A program made the position numbers and the translations under genes. From Thermoproteota archaeon (lineage in GTDB: Archaea; Korarchaeota; Korarchaeia; Korarchaeales; Korarchaeaceae), in contig JAOZGC010000002.1 in assembly GCA_027491915.1 (NCBI GenBank), positions 576,001 through 640,000 of the forward strand: 64,000 nucleotides of DNA. The letters are read 5' to 3'. The notes beneath the pieces were generated by a model. The model saw only the letters and a program-made list of their open reading frames with translations. It was not told where the DNA came from and did no database searches. Shown here one piece after another: positions 39,074 to 49,000 of the stretch (its first letter is position 1; every line of letters begins with the position of its first letter).

Positions 39074-39161
39074 CGCCGCCCCCCGGGGTCTCGATCGCGG
39101 GGCCCGACCCCCCGGCCCGGCGGGGGGCGGCCGACCCGCGGTTCCGGGCGTCGCGGTCCGT

Positions 39162-39968
39162 CTAGTCGGCGGCCGGGGATTCGGACGTCCCCCACCTCCC
39201 CCGGATCCCCCCGCGCCTCCGCCACCCCCGGGACGAGAACCCGACGACCATGCCCACGTGCCCGTCCCCGTAGACCCCCGGTAGCCTCCTCGCCAGGACC
39301 GACCTGGCCCGATCCCCCGAGCAGTGCACGGGGAACACCGCCCCCAGGCCCAGCCTCTCCACGGCGGCGGCCACCCCCTCCAGCCTGCCCGCGCCGGCGG
39401 ACGCCAGGTGGAACCCGCCCACGGCGGCGTAGACCCTCCCGGCGAGGTCGGCGGCCCTCTCCATCATCTCCTCGATCCCCGGGTGGGCGCACCCCGTCAG
39501 CAGCACGGACCCCAGCCCCCCCGCCGAGACGACGAGCCCGTGCTCGCTGGGCGGGCCCCGCATGCTCCCGGTGGTCGTCACCCCCGGGGCCAGCGCCGTC
39601 GGGTCCCCCAGGGTGATGGGCTCCAGCCCGAGTCCCTCGATCCACCTGACCACGCCCGGGCTGATCCCGCCCGGCAGGTATACCTTAGTCCCCGGGGCGA
39701 CCTCGGCGACGCGGGGCAGGCCGCCCGCGTGGTCCCAGTGTCCGTGGGAGACGACCGCGAAGTCGACGTCCGAGAGGTCCGCGCCGAGGGCTCCCGCGTT
39801 GCGCCCCAGGATCCGGGGATCGGGCCCCGAGTCGAAGAGGATCTTCAGGCTCCCGACCTTCACCAGAGCGGAGAATCCCCAGGCGGCCTTCAGGCCCCTC
39901 CCTCCCGGGTTGTTGTCCACGAGTATCGCGACCACGACCTCGTCCCCGGACCCGATCTCCCCGGACAA
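39162..39968 (-). CDS. MBL-fold metallo-hydrolase
   Basis: SHGHWDHAGG, GCAHPG, GGFHL, PVHCSG. Confidence 0.9.
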   Translation of the reverse strand: MSGEIGSGDEVVVAILVDNNPGGRGLKAAWGFSALVKVGSLKILFDSGPDPRILGRNAGALGADLSDVDFAVVSHGHWDHAGGLPRVAEVAPGTKVYLPGGISPGVVRWIEGLGLEPITLGDPTALAPGVTTTGSMRGPPSEHGLVVSAGGLGSVLLTGCAHPGIEEMMERAADLAGRVYAAVGGFHLASAGAGRLEGVAAAVERLGLGAVFPVHCSGDRARSVLARRLPGVYGDGHVGMVVGFSSRGWRRRGGIRGRWGTSESPAAD

Positions 39969-40290
39969 CGCCTTCCCTTCCCCCGGCCGGGACGCCGCCG
40001 CGGCCGGCGCGGCCCGGGTAAAAAGGTTCCCGCCGCGCCCGTGGGACCGGGCCCGCGGGGGCGCGCCCGACCGCCATCCCCGGGAGGATCGACCGGCCCA
40101 CGGGGAGTTTCCTCCGGGGAAAACGCACGCCCGGGCTGAGCCTTTCGGGCGACCCCCCGCGTCGCGGCCTTTGGGAACGTCGGCGGGGGTGCCGGCGATC
40201 AGGCCCCACCTACCCGCGCCTCGCCTCGCGGAGGCGGCGGCCGCGGCCTACCTGATATACGCCGGGGGGAAGGTCCGGTCCCGGTTCCGG

Positions 40291-40399
40291 GTCGGGGGAT
40301 GAGTCGAAGTCCGAGTCCGACTCAAGCTCATCCTCGGTATCGGGCTGGGCCTCTCAGCAACCGTCGGGGGATGAATCGAAGTCCGAGTCCGACTCAAGC
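40291..40399. CRISPR. Orphan repeat-spacer-repeat unit (37 bp + 35 bp + 37 bp), CRISPR-like
   Basis: GTCGGGGGATGA(G/A)TCGAAGTCCGAGTCCGACTCAAGC at 40291-40327 and 40363-40399 (1 mismatch); internal inverted repeat TGAGTCG/CGACTCA; no cas genes in window. Confidence 0.55.
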
Positions 40400-40410
40400 C
40401 CCCACCCGCC

Positions 40411-41389
40411 CTAGCCTCCCCGATCTGGCGGTGGATTTACCTCTCTGGTGTCACTCGACGTGTCCCAGTCCGTCCAGTAGCCCAGCGGCACGTACCTCTC
40501 CACCTCCCGCATCCACGCCTTGTAGCGGCCGCCCAGAGACGTCATGTTGAGCGTCTCGACCCTGGTCCCCCCGCCGCCGTACCACCCGGACTCCGGCCAC
40601 CTTCTCCAAAGTATCGGCTGCTCGGGATGGTCGATCGACTTCAGCCTACCCTCGAACCACACCTCGCAGTGGGGATCCACCTTCGCCTCGTACCTGCCCA
40701 CCGCATAGGGCCGGTCGTTCAACACCGTGGCATTCGGCTCCACCGGCGCAGGCCAGACCGTGAACCCCCTCGTCTCCCAACCTTGGGGGGAGACCCCGGC
40801 CAACCACCTCCCGGGTGGGTCCCCCCATCCCTATGTGATGGGTGAGGACGTAGTGGGCGAACTCGTACTCGCGGCCCCGTACTCGAAGGTGAGGGTCCCT
40901 GCCCTGCGTACCGCTTCCCGCTGACCTCGGCGGCGCCCCCCTCGGTCCCTATGATCAGGGTCCAGTCCGCCCCCTCCACGGCCGAGGCGCACTCGTCGCA
41001 CAATCCCGGCTCCGCGCAGTAGGCGAAGTGGAAGGTCACGTCGTCCCCTTGGTCACGCCCCCGGCCGGCGTCACCCAGCTCCTGGTGCAGCTGAAACCGC
41101 CGCCCCCGCACGGGCGCAGGTAGACGTCCTCCCAGGTCCCCTCGGGTACGTCAACCCGGGCGTGGTCGGAGCCGCAGTCCGCGTCGGCCTCCACCTCGTG
41201 TTGCCCGGGCTCGGTCGGTATCCGCAGGTCCGATCCCCTTCCCACCTGGGAGCCGTCCAGCAGTATGAGGGCGTCCTCGGGGCCGCCTCCGCTCTCCCTG
41301 ACGTGGACCACCACTCCCTGGTCCCCCTCCCCCTCCCCCGCCTTCCCCCGCCGCGGCCCAGGCAGGCGGGTGGGACGGCCACCCCCCAA
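40411..41389 (-). pseudogene. Fragmented gene for an extracellular-type beta-rich/Cys-containing protein
   Basis: Protein-like segments in successive frames (PEGA-like LILLDGSQVG...PGQHEVEA; DVTFHFAYC; RGFTVWP...). Confidence 0.45.
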
Positions 41390-41883
41390 ACCCGATCGGA
41401 CCGATCGGCCAACTCCTCCGCGGCGACCCGACGGGCGGAGGGGAGGAGGTCAGACCGCCGCCGGGGACGGCGCGCGAGTTGGAGGGCGTCGCCCGACGAG
41501 AATCCCTTGTAGCCCCCCTTCCGGGGGCAATCCCCCCAATTTGGCCAATAACTCCACCGGAGTTTCCTCCTAGGATTCGAAATCATCTCCGCATTCCTTG
41601 GGCAGGGGGACCTCCGCGGAGTCCTCCTCCCGACGACCCCCCCGTACCGCCCCACCCTCGCGTCGGCACGCGGATCTCGGAGGGGGTGAGAGTTCCCAGG
41701 AGTTCCCCGACCATCGACCCGGACCTCTCCCCGGTCCGGTTCCAATATCTGGTGGTCGGTCGGGAATCCGGGGACGGGACGGGTCGGGACGGGTCGGGTC
41801 GGGAGGGGGGTCCGCCGACCCGACGGCCGGCCCCGGTCCCCCGCTGGGGTTTTATCCTGCTGGCCCCCCGGGTCGGGGGCCCC

Positions 41884-43350
41884 ATGTCTGTTGATCCGAG
41901 GGAGTACTACTCGAGGCCCGAGGTGGCCTCCGAGGCCGCCGAGTACCTCAGGGGAAGGTGGGTGGCCCTGGAGGGACCGCCGAGGGGGAAGGGGAGGGCC
42001 TTCTTCAGGTACTCCGGGGGCGCCCCTCTCAGGGTCGACTCCCCGGAAGACCTCGGGAGGCTGGTGGCCAGGTTCTCGTTTGCCCGGGTCCGATCGATCT
42101 ACGGGACGGCCAACGTCTACCGGAGGCTGGAGTCCAGGGGAGATCCGGACGATCCGTCCAACGTCGCGGCCTCCACCCCGGTGTGGGACGTGGACAACGA
42201 GCCGGAGAGGTGGGGGCAGACCCTGGAGGCCGCCAGGGTCCTGGTGGACGAGCTGGAGAGGGCCGGGGTGACCAAGTCCGTCTACCTGATCTGGTCCGGC
42301 AGGGGGTGTCACGTCAGGGTGAGCGAGCGGGCCTTCTCCCCTGAGCTCCTGTCCGAGGTGAACCCCCTGGACGCCTCATACGCCGTGGTGGCCCTGGTGC
42401 TGAGGAGGGCCTCGGAGAGGATAGCAGAGGTGGCCAGGTCGGTCCCGGCCTCGGCCGGGAGGGCGCTGGCGGTCGAGAACGAGATGGACGCCAAGAGGGT
42501 CTTCACGGCCCCGCTGTCCCTGCACAGGGAGCTGGACAGGGCGGCCGTCTGCTTCGGCCCCGACGAGATCGACTCCTTCGACCCGACGTGGGCCGACCCC
42601 CACGACCCGGTCCACTCCCCGCGCTGGAGGAGCTTCGAGAGGGGGGAGGCGGACCACCTGGCCAGGGAGGCCCTGGCGGAGGTGGGGGGATACTGGGGGA
42701 GGACCGGCGGGGTGAGGGCGAGGGTCGGGTCCGGGGCGGGCGCGGCCCGGGAGGCAGGGTCGGGGGTCGGGAGGGGGGCGGCCCCCGCGCGGAGGCCCGC
42801 CGGACGCGGGAGGGTCGGGAGGTTCCAGGTCATGGCCCTCCTCCAGGCCGCCAGGTTCTTCGTCCTGAGGGGGGACCTGGAGAGGGCCAAGTCCTTCGGC
42901 CTCAACAGGGCCATATTCTACGCCTGGGCCAAGAGGAGGGGGGTCAGGGCTAGGGCCGGCGCCGGCCGGGCGGCCGTCACCGGCCGGGCGGCCGTCAGGG
43001 GGGCTGGCGGGAGGCAGGCCGCCCTCCCGCTGGCTGAAGGGGGTCGTGGGGCGGAGGGGGAGGGGAGGGAGAGGACCCCCCGGGCGGAGAGCCTGGGAGA
43101 CGAGGTGGCCTACGTGGGGGAGGGCGGCCTCTTCACGATAGGGGGAGACGTCCAGAGGCCGGAGGACTTCGACAGGCAAGTGGCCAGGAGGATAGAATCC
43201 CTCATCCCGTTCGATAGGGCGTGGGAGGCCGCCGTCTCCTACGTCTCGCGATTCCCCAGGGAGGTGCTGGAGAGCCAGAGGGCCTTCTACGAGATGGTCT
43301 ACAAGCCGGTCAGGGACTCCTTCCTCCGGGAGCTGGTGGGGCGCGGGTAG
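41884..43350 (+). CDS. AEP/PriS-like primase domain fused to an uncharacterised C-terminal domain
   Basis: PVWDVDN (DxD), WSGRGCHV, APLSLH; G/A/R linker; then FQVMALLQAAR...AKSFGLNRAIFYAWAK. Confidence 0.75.
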   Translation: MSVDPREYYSRPEVASEAAEYLRGRWVALEGPPRGKGRAFFRYSGGAPLRVDSPEDLGRLVARFSFARVRSIYGTANVYRRLESRGDPDDPSNVAASTPVWDVDNEPERWGQTLEAARVLVDELERAGVTKSVYLIWSGRGCHVRVSERAFSPELLSEVNPLDASYAVVALVLRRASERIAEVARSVPASAGRALAVENEMDAKRVFTAPLSLHRELDRAAVCFGPDEIDSFDPTWADPHDPVHSPRWRSFERGEADHLAREALAEVGGYWGRTGGVRARVGSGAGAAREAGSGVGRGAAPARRPAGRGRVGRFQVMALLQAARFFVLRGDLERAKSFGLNRAIFYAWAKRRGVRARAGAGRAAVTGRAAVRGAGGRQAALPLAEGGRGAEGEGRERTPRAESLGDEVAYVGEGGLFTIGGDVQRPEDFDRQVARRIESLIPFDRAWEAAVSYVSRFPREVLESQRAFYEMVYKPVRDSFLRELVGRG

Positions 43351-43727
43351 GGGCGGGCTCCCAACCTCGCCAGCCCCTCCAGCTCCTCGAGGGCCGCCTT
43401 TATCAGGTCGGACCTGGCGATCCCCCTCTGGACGAGCAAGAGCCCGTCATACAGGGCGACCAGCCTGACCTCGGGCGCGGCCCGCTCCAGGGGGGTGAGG
43501 TCCACCGGGACCCCAACGGCCCCCTCCAGCCCCCCCTCCAGCTCGAGGATCTCGGGCAGGTCGAGCCTGGGGGCGGCGTACACAGCGACGTCCACGTCCC
43601 TCACGAACCTCCTCCGCAGGATGGAACCGAAGAGCACGGCCAACCTGATCCTCTCGCGGGACTCGAGCTCCTCCCTGATCTCGCCAGCCACCTCACGGAC
43701 GTCGACCTCGTAGTACCTCGGGGCCAA
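43299..43727 (-). CDS. MntA-like nucleotidyltransferase antitoxin
   Basis: LFGSILRRRFVRDVDVAVY, VPVDLTPL; probable TTG start. Confidence 0.8.
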   Translation of the reverse strand: MAPRYYEVDVREVAGEIREELESRERIRLAVLFGSILRRRFVRDVDVAVYAAPRLDLPEILELEGGLEGAVGVPVDLTPLERAAPEVRLVALYDGLLLVQRGIARSDLIKAALEELEGLARLGARPYPRPTSSRRKESLTGL

Positions 43728-44114
43728 CCCGCGTACTCCTCCCCGACCCTGCTCAGGAACTTTCTGAGGCACTTAAAGTCCTTCCTCACGCTCTCGTAGA
43801 TCTCCGAGTCAGACACGTCCCAGTACCCGTGGACCAAGATGTTCCTGAGCCCGACCAACGCCTCCAGATCCGCCGAGCACTCGGCCGCGATCCGATCGGC
43901 GACTAATCTCACAGCCTCCCTGTAGGTTCTCGGCCGCCTCCCGAGCGCCTCCACCGACAGGTGGGCGCAGAGCCCGATCAGGGACTCCGCGAGGACTATG
44001 AGCTGGTACCTGATCGCAGCCCTGTCCACGGCATTTAGTTCGGCGTACGGCCTGGAGGAGATCTTCTCTACCTCGGCGGCCGCCTCCAGGGCGTCGGGAT
44101 ATCTTGGAGAGCAC
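43601..44114 (-). pseudogene. HepT-like (DUF86) RNase toxin with 5' frameshift
   Basis: GLRNILVHGY active-site motif; N-terminus VLSKIS joins DALEAAAEV only if one C near 44097 is removed. Confidence 0.75.
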
Positions 44115-44254
44115 GGCTTCCCTATCTACCGGCGCCTCCCCTCGGAGGGAGGGGACCGCCTTGATGCTTCCGGGGTCCCCGCGGAGGGCCGCCCCGGCCG
44201 GAACCGCCCCACGCCCCCAGCCCTTAAAATGTCCCGCCCCGCTTCGAACCCGCC

Positions 44255-44839
44255 ATGGATCTCCGCCGACGCCTCCAAGGGGGGCTGGCCTTCCTCCGAC
44301 CCAACCCGGTCAAGCTCGCCCTGTTCCTGTTCCTAGCCTTCGTCTGCGTCGCCGGGGCGGTGGAGAGCTACGCCTTCGTGGACGGCGAGGATCTGGGGAT
44401 ACCCCCGCCTCCCCTGTACGAGGAGCTCAGGGGGACCGGCTTCTGGGTCCCGTGGGTCCTGCTCTCCGCCCCGGTCTGGGTGCTGGGCGCCGCGGTCTGC
44501 TCCCCCCTGGGCGACCTCTGCGGCGCCCTCTCCCCCCTCCTACCGTCCCTGGGCCCGGTCAGATTCCCACTGGCCTCCGTCCTCTACTCCTACGCGCTGG
44601 CGGCGTGGGCGGTTCACTCCGCGTCCGAGTTCTCCCCCCCGAGGGGGTTCTGGTCGATCGCCGGGCTGGCCTCGGCCCTGGCCGCGGCCCTGGTGTCCGG
44701 CCTCCCCGCCGTCCCCGCCTACCCGGAGATACTCCCCATGGCCGCCTCGGGGTGGGCCTCAGCCACCGTCGTGTTCGCCACCTACTGCGTCGCCGGATAC
44801 GGCCTCTGGGAGGCCCTCCTCCGGGGGCGAAGGGGGTAG
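44255..44839 (+). CDS. Hypothetical membrane protein
   Basis: About 5 hydrophobic segments; TTAAAAT upstream. Confidence 0.65.
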   Translation: MDLRRRLQGGLAFLRPNPVKLALFLFLAFVCVAGAVESYAFVDGEDLGIPPPPLYEELRGTGFWVPWVLLSAPVWVLGAAVCSPLGDLCGALSPLLPSLGPVRFPLASVLYSYALAAWAVHSASEFSPPRGFWSIAGLASALAAALVSGLPAVPAYPEILPMAASGWASATVVFATYCVAGYGLWEALLRGRRG

Positions 44840-44899
44840 GACGGGGTCGGGGAACCCAAAGGTTAATATCTTGCACCGGGAGGTTCCCGGGGGGATCGC

Positions 44900-45283
44900 T
44901 TGGCGGAGAGGTTCGGGGAACTGATAAGGCCCCCCGAGGCCGAGGAGGGGAGGGAGAAGCACGTCCCGGTCGTGGAGGCCCCAGCCAGGGTCCGGGCCGG
45001 GGAGGAGTTCGAGGTCAGGGTGGCGGTCGGGACCGAGGTGCCCCACCCCAACACGGTGGAGCACCACATAAAGTGGATCCAGGTCTTCGTCGAGGAGGAG
45101 GGCAGGCCCTACAACCCGATCCACGTGGCCACCTTCGACCTGGGACCGTCCTACGGGGAGCCGAAGGTCTCCTTCAGGCTGAAGCTGAAGAAGAGCTCCA
45201 AGATCTGGGCCCTGAGCTACTGCAACCTGCACGGCCTCTGGGAGGGGTCGAGGCGGGTGGAGGTGGAGGAGGCCTCCCCCTGA
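44900..45283 (+). CDS. sor: Superoxide reductase (neelaredoxin, class II SORL)
   Basis: [24 protein letters not shown]. Confidence 0.95.
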   Translation: MAERFGELIRPPEAEEGREKHVPVVEAPARVRAGEEFEVRVAVGTEVPHPNTVEHHIKWIQVFVEEEGRPYNPIHVATFDLGPSYGEPKVSFRLKLKKSSKIWALSYCNLHGLWEGSRRVEVEEASP

Positions 45284-45335
45284 CCCCGCGGGGCGGGGTC
45301 ATTCCCGGGGCGGCGGGATGGAGGGGGTGACGCCG

Positions 45336-45497
45336 TTGGCGAGGTGGAGGTGCCAGGTCTGCGGCTACGTCCTCGACGAGGAGAGGGGGGACCCGGCCCA
45401 CGGGATACCCCCGGGTACGAGGTTCGAGGACCTGCCCGAAGACTGGGTCTGCCCCATATGCGGGGCCTCCAAGGACCTGTTCGAGAGGATAGGGTGA
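45336..45497 (+). CDS. Rubredoxin (absent from the ORF track)
   Basis: Manual translation [53 protein letters not shown]; TTG start after a purine-rich GGAGGGGGTGA site. Confidence 0.95.
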   Translation: MARWRCQVCGYVLDEERGDPAHGIPPGTRFEDLPEDWVCPICGASKDLFERIG

Positions 45498-45545
45498 CCC
45501 GACCCGGGGCGGCCACTTTTTAAGCGGTCCCCCGGGTGGGGCGCG

Positions 45546-46004
45546 ATGAGGGTAGCGACCTCCCTGAGGGAGGTTCTGGACGAGAAGGACGTCCGGATAC
45601 TGGAGATCCTGGTGCGGGACGGGAGGGCCTCGCTCAGGGAGATAGCCAAGAGGTTGGGGATAAGCGACGTGGCCGTCAGGAAGAGGATAAGGAAGCTCGA
45701 GTCGGCCGGGGTGATAATGGGCTACACCGCCGTGGTGGACCCGTCCCACCTGGGGTACCCGGTCGTGTCCCTCACCGGGGTGGACGCCGAGCCCGGGGAC
45801 CTCCTCAGGCTGGCCATGGAGCTCTCCCACCGGGATTACGTCAGGGCCGCCTGGATCACGGCCGGGGACCACGCCCTCATGCTGGAGATATGGGCCAGGG
45901 ACGAGGCGGAGATGGAGAGGATAGTGGCCGAGATCTCCGCCATGAGGGGTGTGAGCAGGGTCTGCCCCGCGGTGGTGACCAAGACCCTGAAGATCAGGTG
46001 CTGA
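45546..46004 (+). CDS. Lrp/AsnC-family regulator
   Basis: LDEKDVRIL...DGRASLREIAKRLGIS...RIRKLESAGVIMGYT. Confidence 0.93.
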   Translation: MRVATSLREVLDEKDVRILEILVRDGRASLREIAKRLGISDVAVRKRIRKLESAGVIMGYTAVVDPSHLGYPVVSLTGVDAEPGDLLRLAMELSHRDYVRAAWITAGDHALMLEIWARDEAEMERIVAEISAMRGVSRVCPAVVTKTLKIRC

Positions 46005-46017
46005 GCCGGCCCCCGGC

Positions 46018-49000
46018 TCAGGGAGGGGGTCGGGCCAGGACGACCTCCACCTCCCCGGGGTCGACCGACCCGTCGCCGTCCGAGTCCTCCCATCCCAGCA
46101 GGGTGAGCCCGGGCGGGAGCCCGCCTCCCCCGGACAGTCGGCCCAGCGCCCAGAGCAGCCCGGCCCTGGTGCCGTACCTGGTCACCCCTGCCACCCTGGC
46201 CAGGGTCAGGTTGCCGCACCCCTGGACCCAGACCGCGGCGTAGTCCTCCCGGCCGAAGCGGGCCCAGAGGGTCTCGTTCCCGAACCTGAGCCCCGAGTAG
46301 GTCCCGCCGGCCCCGGCCCGGACGAACTCCACGTCAGCCCCCTCCCAGGCCGCCGGGTTCACCTCGGGGCCGCCCACCGCCACGACGGTCCCGGCGAGGC
46401 CGGGTTCCGTCCCACCCTCGCCCGATATCTCCGGGTTCATCTCCAGGTCCACCAGGGACGGCGCCCAGAAGTAGGCGCCGCCGGCGGTGCCCCCCGGGGC
46501 CGGCCCCGGGGAGGTTATCACCAGGTAGAAGGTTCTCGGGACCTCCTCCTCCCCCGGAGAGGGGCGCAGGGACTGGGAGTCGAAGTCCAGCACCCAGGAT
46601 CCCGGGGGGATCGACACGGTACCCCCGGCGGCCCCGACGTCCACCACCGAGTAGAACCGGCACGCCCCGGCCGACCCTCCCTCGACGAGAGTCCCCCCGG
46701 GGGCGGAGATCTCGCCGGCGCTGCCGGCCAGGATCCCTGCCAGGTCCCCCGCCGAGACCCTCTCCCCGGCCTCCAGGGGGTCAGTCTCCCACCCCCCCTC
46801 GTCCAAGACCCCGAGGGACCCCACCACCAGCAGCGTCCCGCCGAACTCCGAGAGGGCGAACCTGGCCTCCCTGTCCAGGACCTCCACGTCGGGCGCCACC
46901 AGCACGTCGTACTCGGCCAGGTCCCCCGGAGAGGCGTAGTCCAGCGGGACGACGTCGAACTGGACGCCGGATGAGGCCAGCTCCCTGACGACGTCCCTGA
47001 AGGCCCTCAGGTGCCTGGACTCCCCCGGGTCGTAGGGCCCCCAGGCCTCGCCGGTCAGGTCCAGGCTCCTGGACGAGAACAGGACCCCGACGTCCGCCTC
47101 GTCCTCCCCGACCGCGTCCAGGGCCGAGACCAGGCGGAAGGCCCTCTCCCTGAACCCGGCCCCCACCGTGCCGGTCATGAGGCCGTCGTTGTTGGTCTCG
47201 AAGAAGCTGCCCGAGGTGGCCAGTATCAGCCCCAGCTGCCTGGCCGCCTCCCCCTCCGAGGTCCCGTAGTTCAGGAACCACAGGGGCTTCCCCCGGCTGG
47301 CGGCCTCCGAGTACTTCAGCATGGCCAGGAAGTGGGACCAGTTCTCCAGGTCCCCGAACCCCAGCCCCGACTCCCCCGGGGGGGAGACCTCCGCCACCTG
47401 GAGGACCCTGGGATCCCCACCGAAGAGGGCCGGGTCGTATCCCAGCTCGGTTATCTCGTGGTCGCAGGCGGAGCTCTCCACCACCAGGACCCCGCCCGCC
47501 TCCCAGACCGAGTCGGCCACGGCCGACACGAAGTCGGCCACGGCCCACCTCCTCCACTCGAGCCAGTCCCTGAAGGCCGGGTCCGACAGGTTGGCCTCGG
47601 GGGGCGGGTCCTCCCAGTACCTCTCCTCGAAGTCCCGGGCCCCCCACCTGGAGGCGTCGGGCCAGAGATCCGACATCTCCTCGGTCATCCAGGTGGGCAT
47701 GTGGGGGACGTCCAGCCAGACGCCGTCGGCCCCGCCCTCGGACACCAGCCTGGCGGCCCTGTCGGTCACGAACCCGCGGTGCGGGGAGAAGGGGGACATC
47801 TCGGCCACGGTCTCCTCCGGGGACAGCCACGGGACGTCTATGTTCTCCCCGCTGACCACCAGGGGCCTCCCGTCCAGGGACACCTGGAACCACCCCCTGG
47901 CCTCCGCCGGCGGGGGTTCCCCGGGTCCCCAGTCCACCTCCAGGGCCGGGACGTAGACGACGACCCTCCCCCCCAGCGAGTGGACCAGGGAGGTGACGTT
48001 CCGCACGAACCCCAGGGTCTCCTCGAACTCCCTCTCGTCGTACATCCTGCGGGCCGACCCGATCCCGACGTCCAGCTCTATCACGCTGGCCCCCTCTTCC
48101 AGCGCCTCCCCTATCCGGGAGGCGACCCCGGCCCATTCCTCCCCCGGCTCCGCGTAGACCGACACCACGGTCGCCCCGGTGAGCCAGCCCGGGTACCCCC
48201 CGTACCTCCTGAGCCTCCACGCCCGCTCGAACTCTGCCAGGGCCGACCTGACCTCGTCCCACAGGCCCATCTCCTCCATCAGCTCGTAGTTGAAGATGTA
48301 GAGGCCGTCGGCCCCGGCCGAGGCGAGCCACCTGGCCCTCCTCCTGACGAAGAGGCCCGGGTCGTCCGACTCGTTGGCCCCGAACAGGTAGGTGGACGCC
48401 ACCACCCTCTCGGCCCCCGCCCTTATGGCCGCCATGACGGCCCTCTTGTGGACCCTCCAGTCCCAGTGCGAGGAGACCATGACGTACAGGGTCCCGGCTA
48501 CGTCGGCCAGCGCGTGGTAGTCCTCCCCGTAGGTCTCCAGCGGCCACCATATCAGCAGGTGGGGCCTCACCTCCAGCCCCGGGTTCACCTCCCTGCCGGC
48601 CTCGGCCACCAGCCTGACCAGCTCGGTGACCTGCTCGGCCCTCCAATCCACCCACCTCTCCCAGAGGTCAGGGTCGGACTCTATGGCCTCGGCCCACTCC
48701 CTGGGACCCGATCCCGGCACCTCAACCCCGGTGTCGCTCTCGAATGCCGACACCGTGAACTCGTCGTAGCTGGTGTAGAGGGTCCTGTCCTCGCCCTCGT
48801 CGTAGTAGTCGCTGAACTGGAAGTTGTCGTTCAGGTCTATCCCGTCGAACCCCATCTCGGCCAGCTCCCTGGCGATCCCCCTGAGGGCCCGGACGCACTC
48901 GCCCTCCCTGACGACCCTGGCCGGGGAAACTATGGAGTGGAAGTAGTCGTCGGAGTAGTAGTCGGCCGGGCGGCCGTCCGAGTAGACGGCGATCCAGTCC

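Noticed and set aside
40291-40399. Reading the repeats as a C/D-box sRNA or TIGR-type array
   Set aside because: No canonical RUGAUGA/CUGA boxes and no internal variable segments; only two units
41761-41810. GGGAC/GGGTC pentamer run
   Set aside because: Short low-complexity microsatellite without spacers; no function supportable
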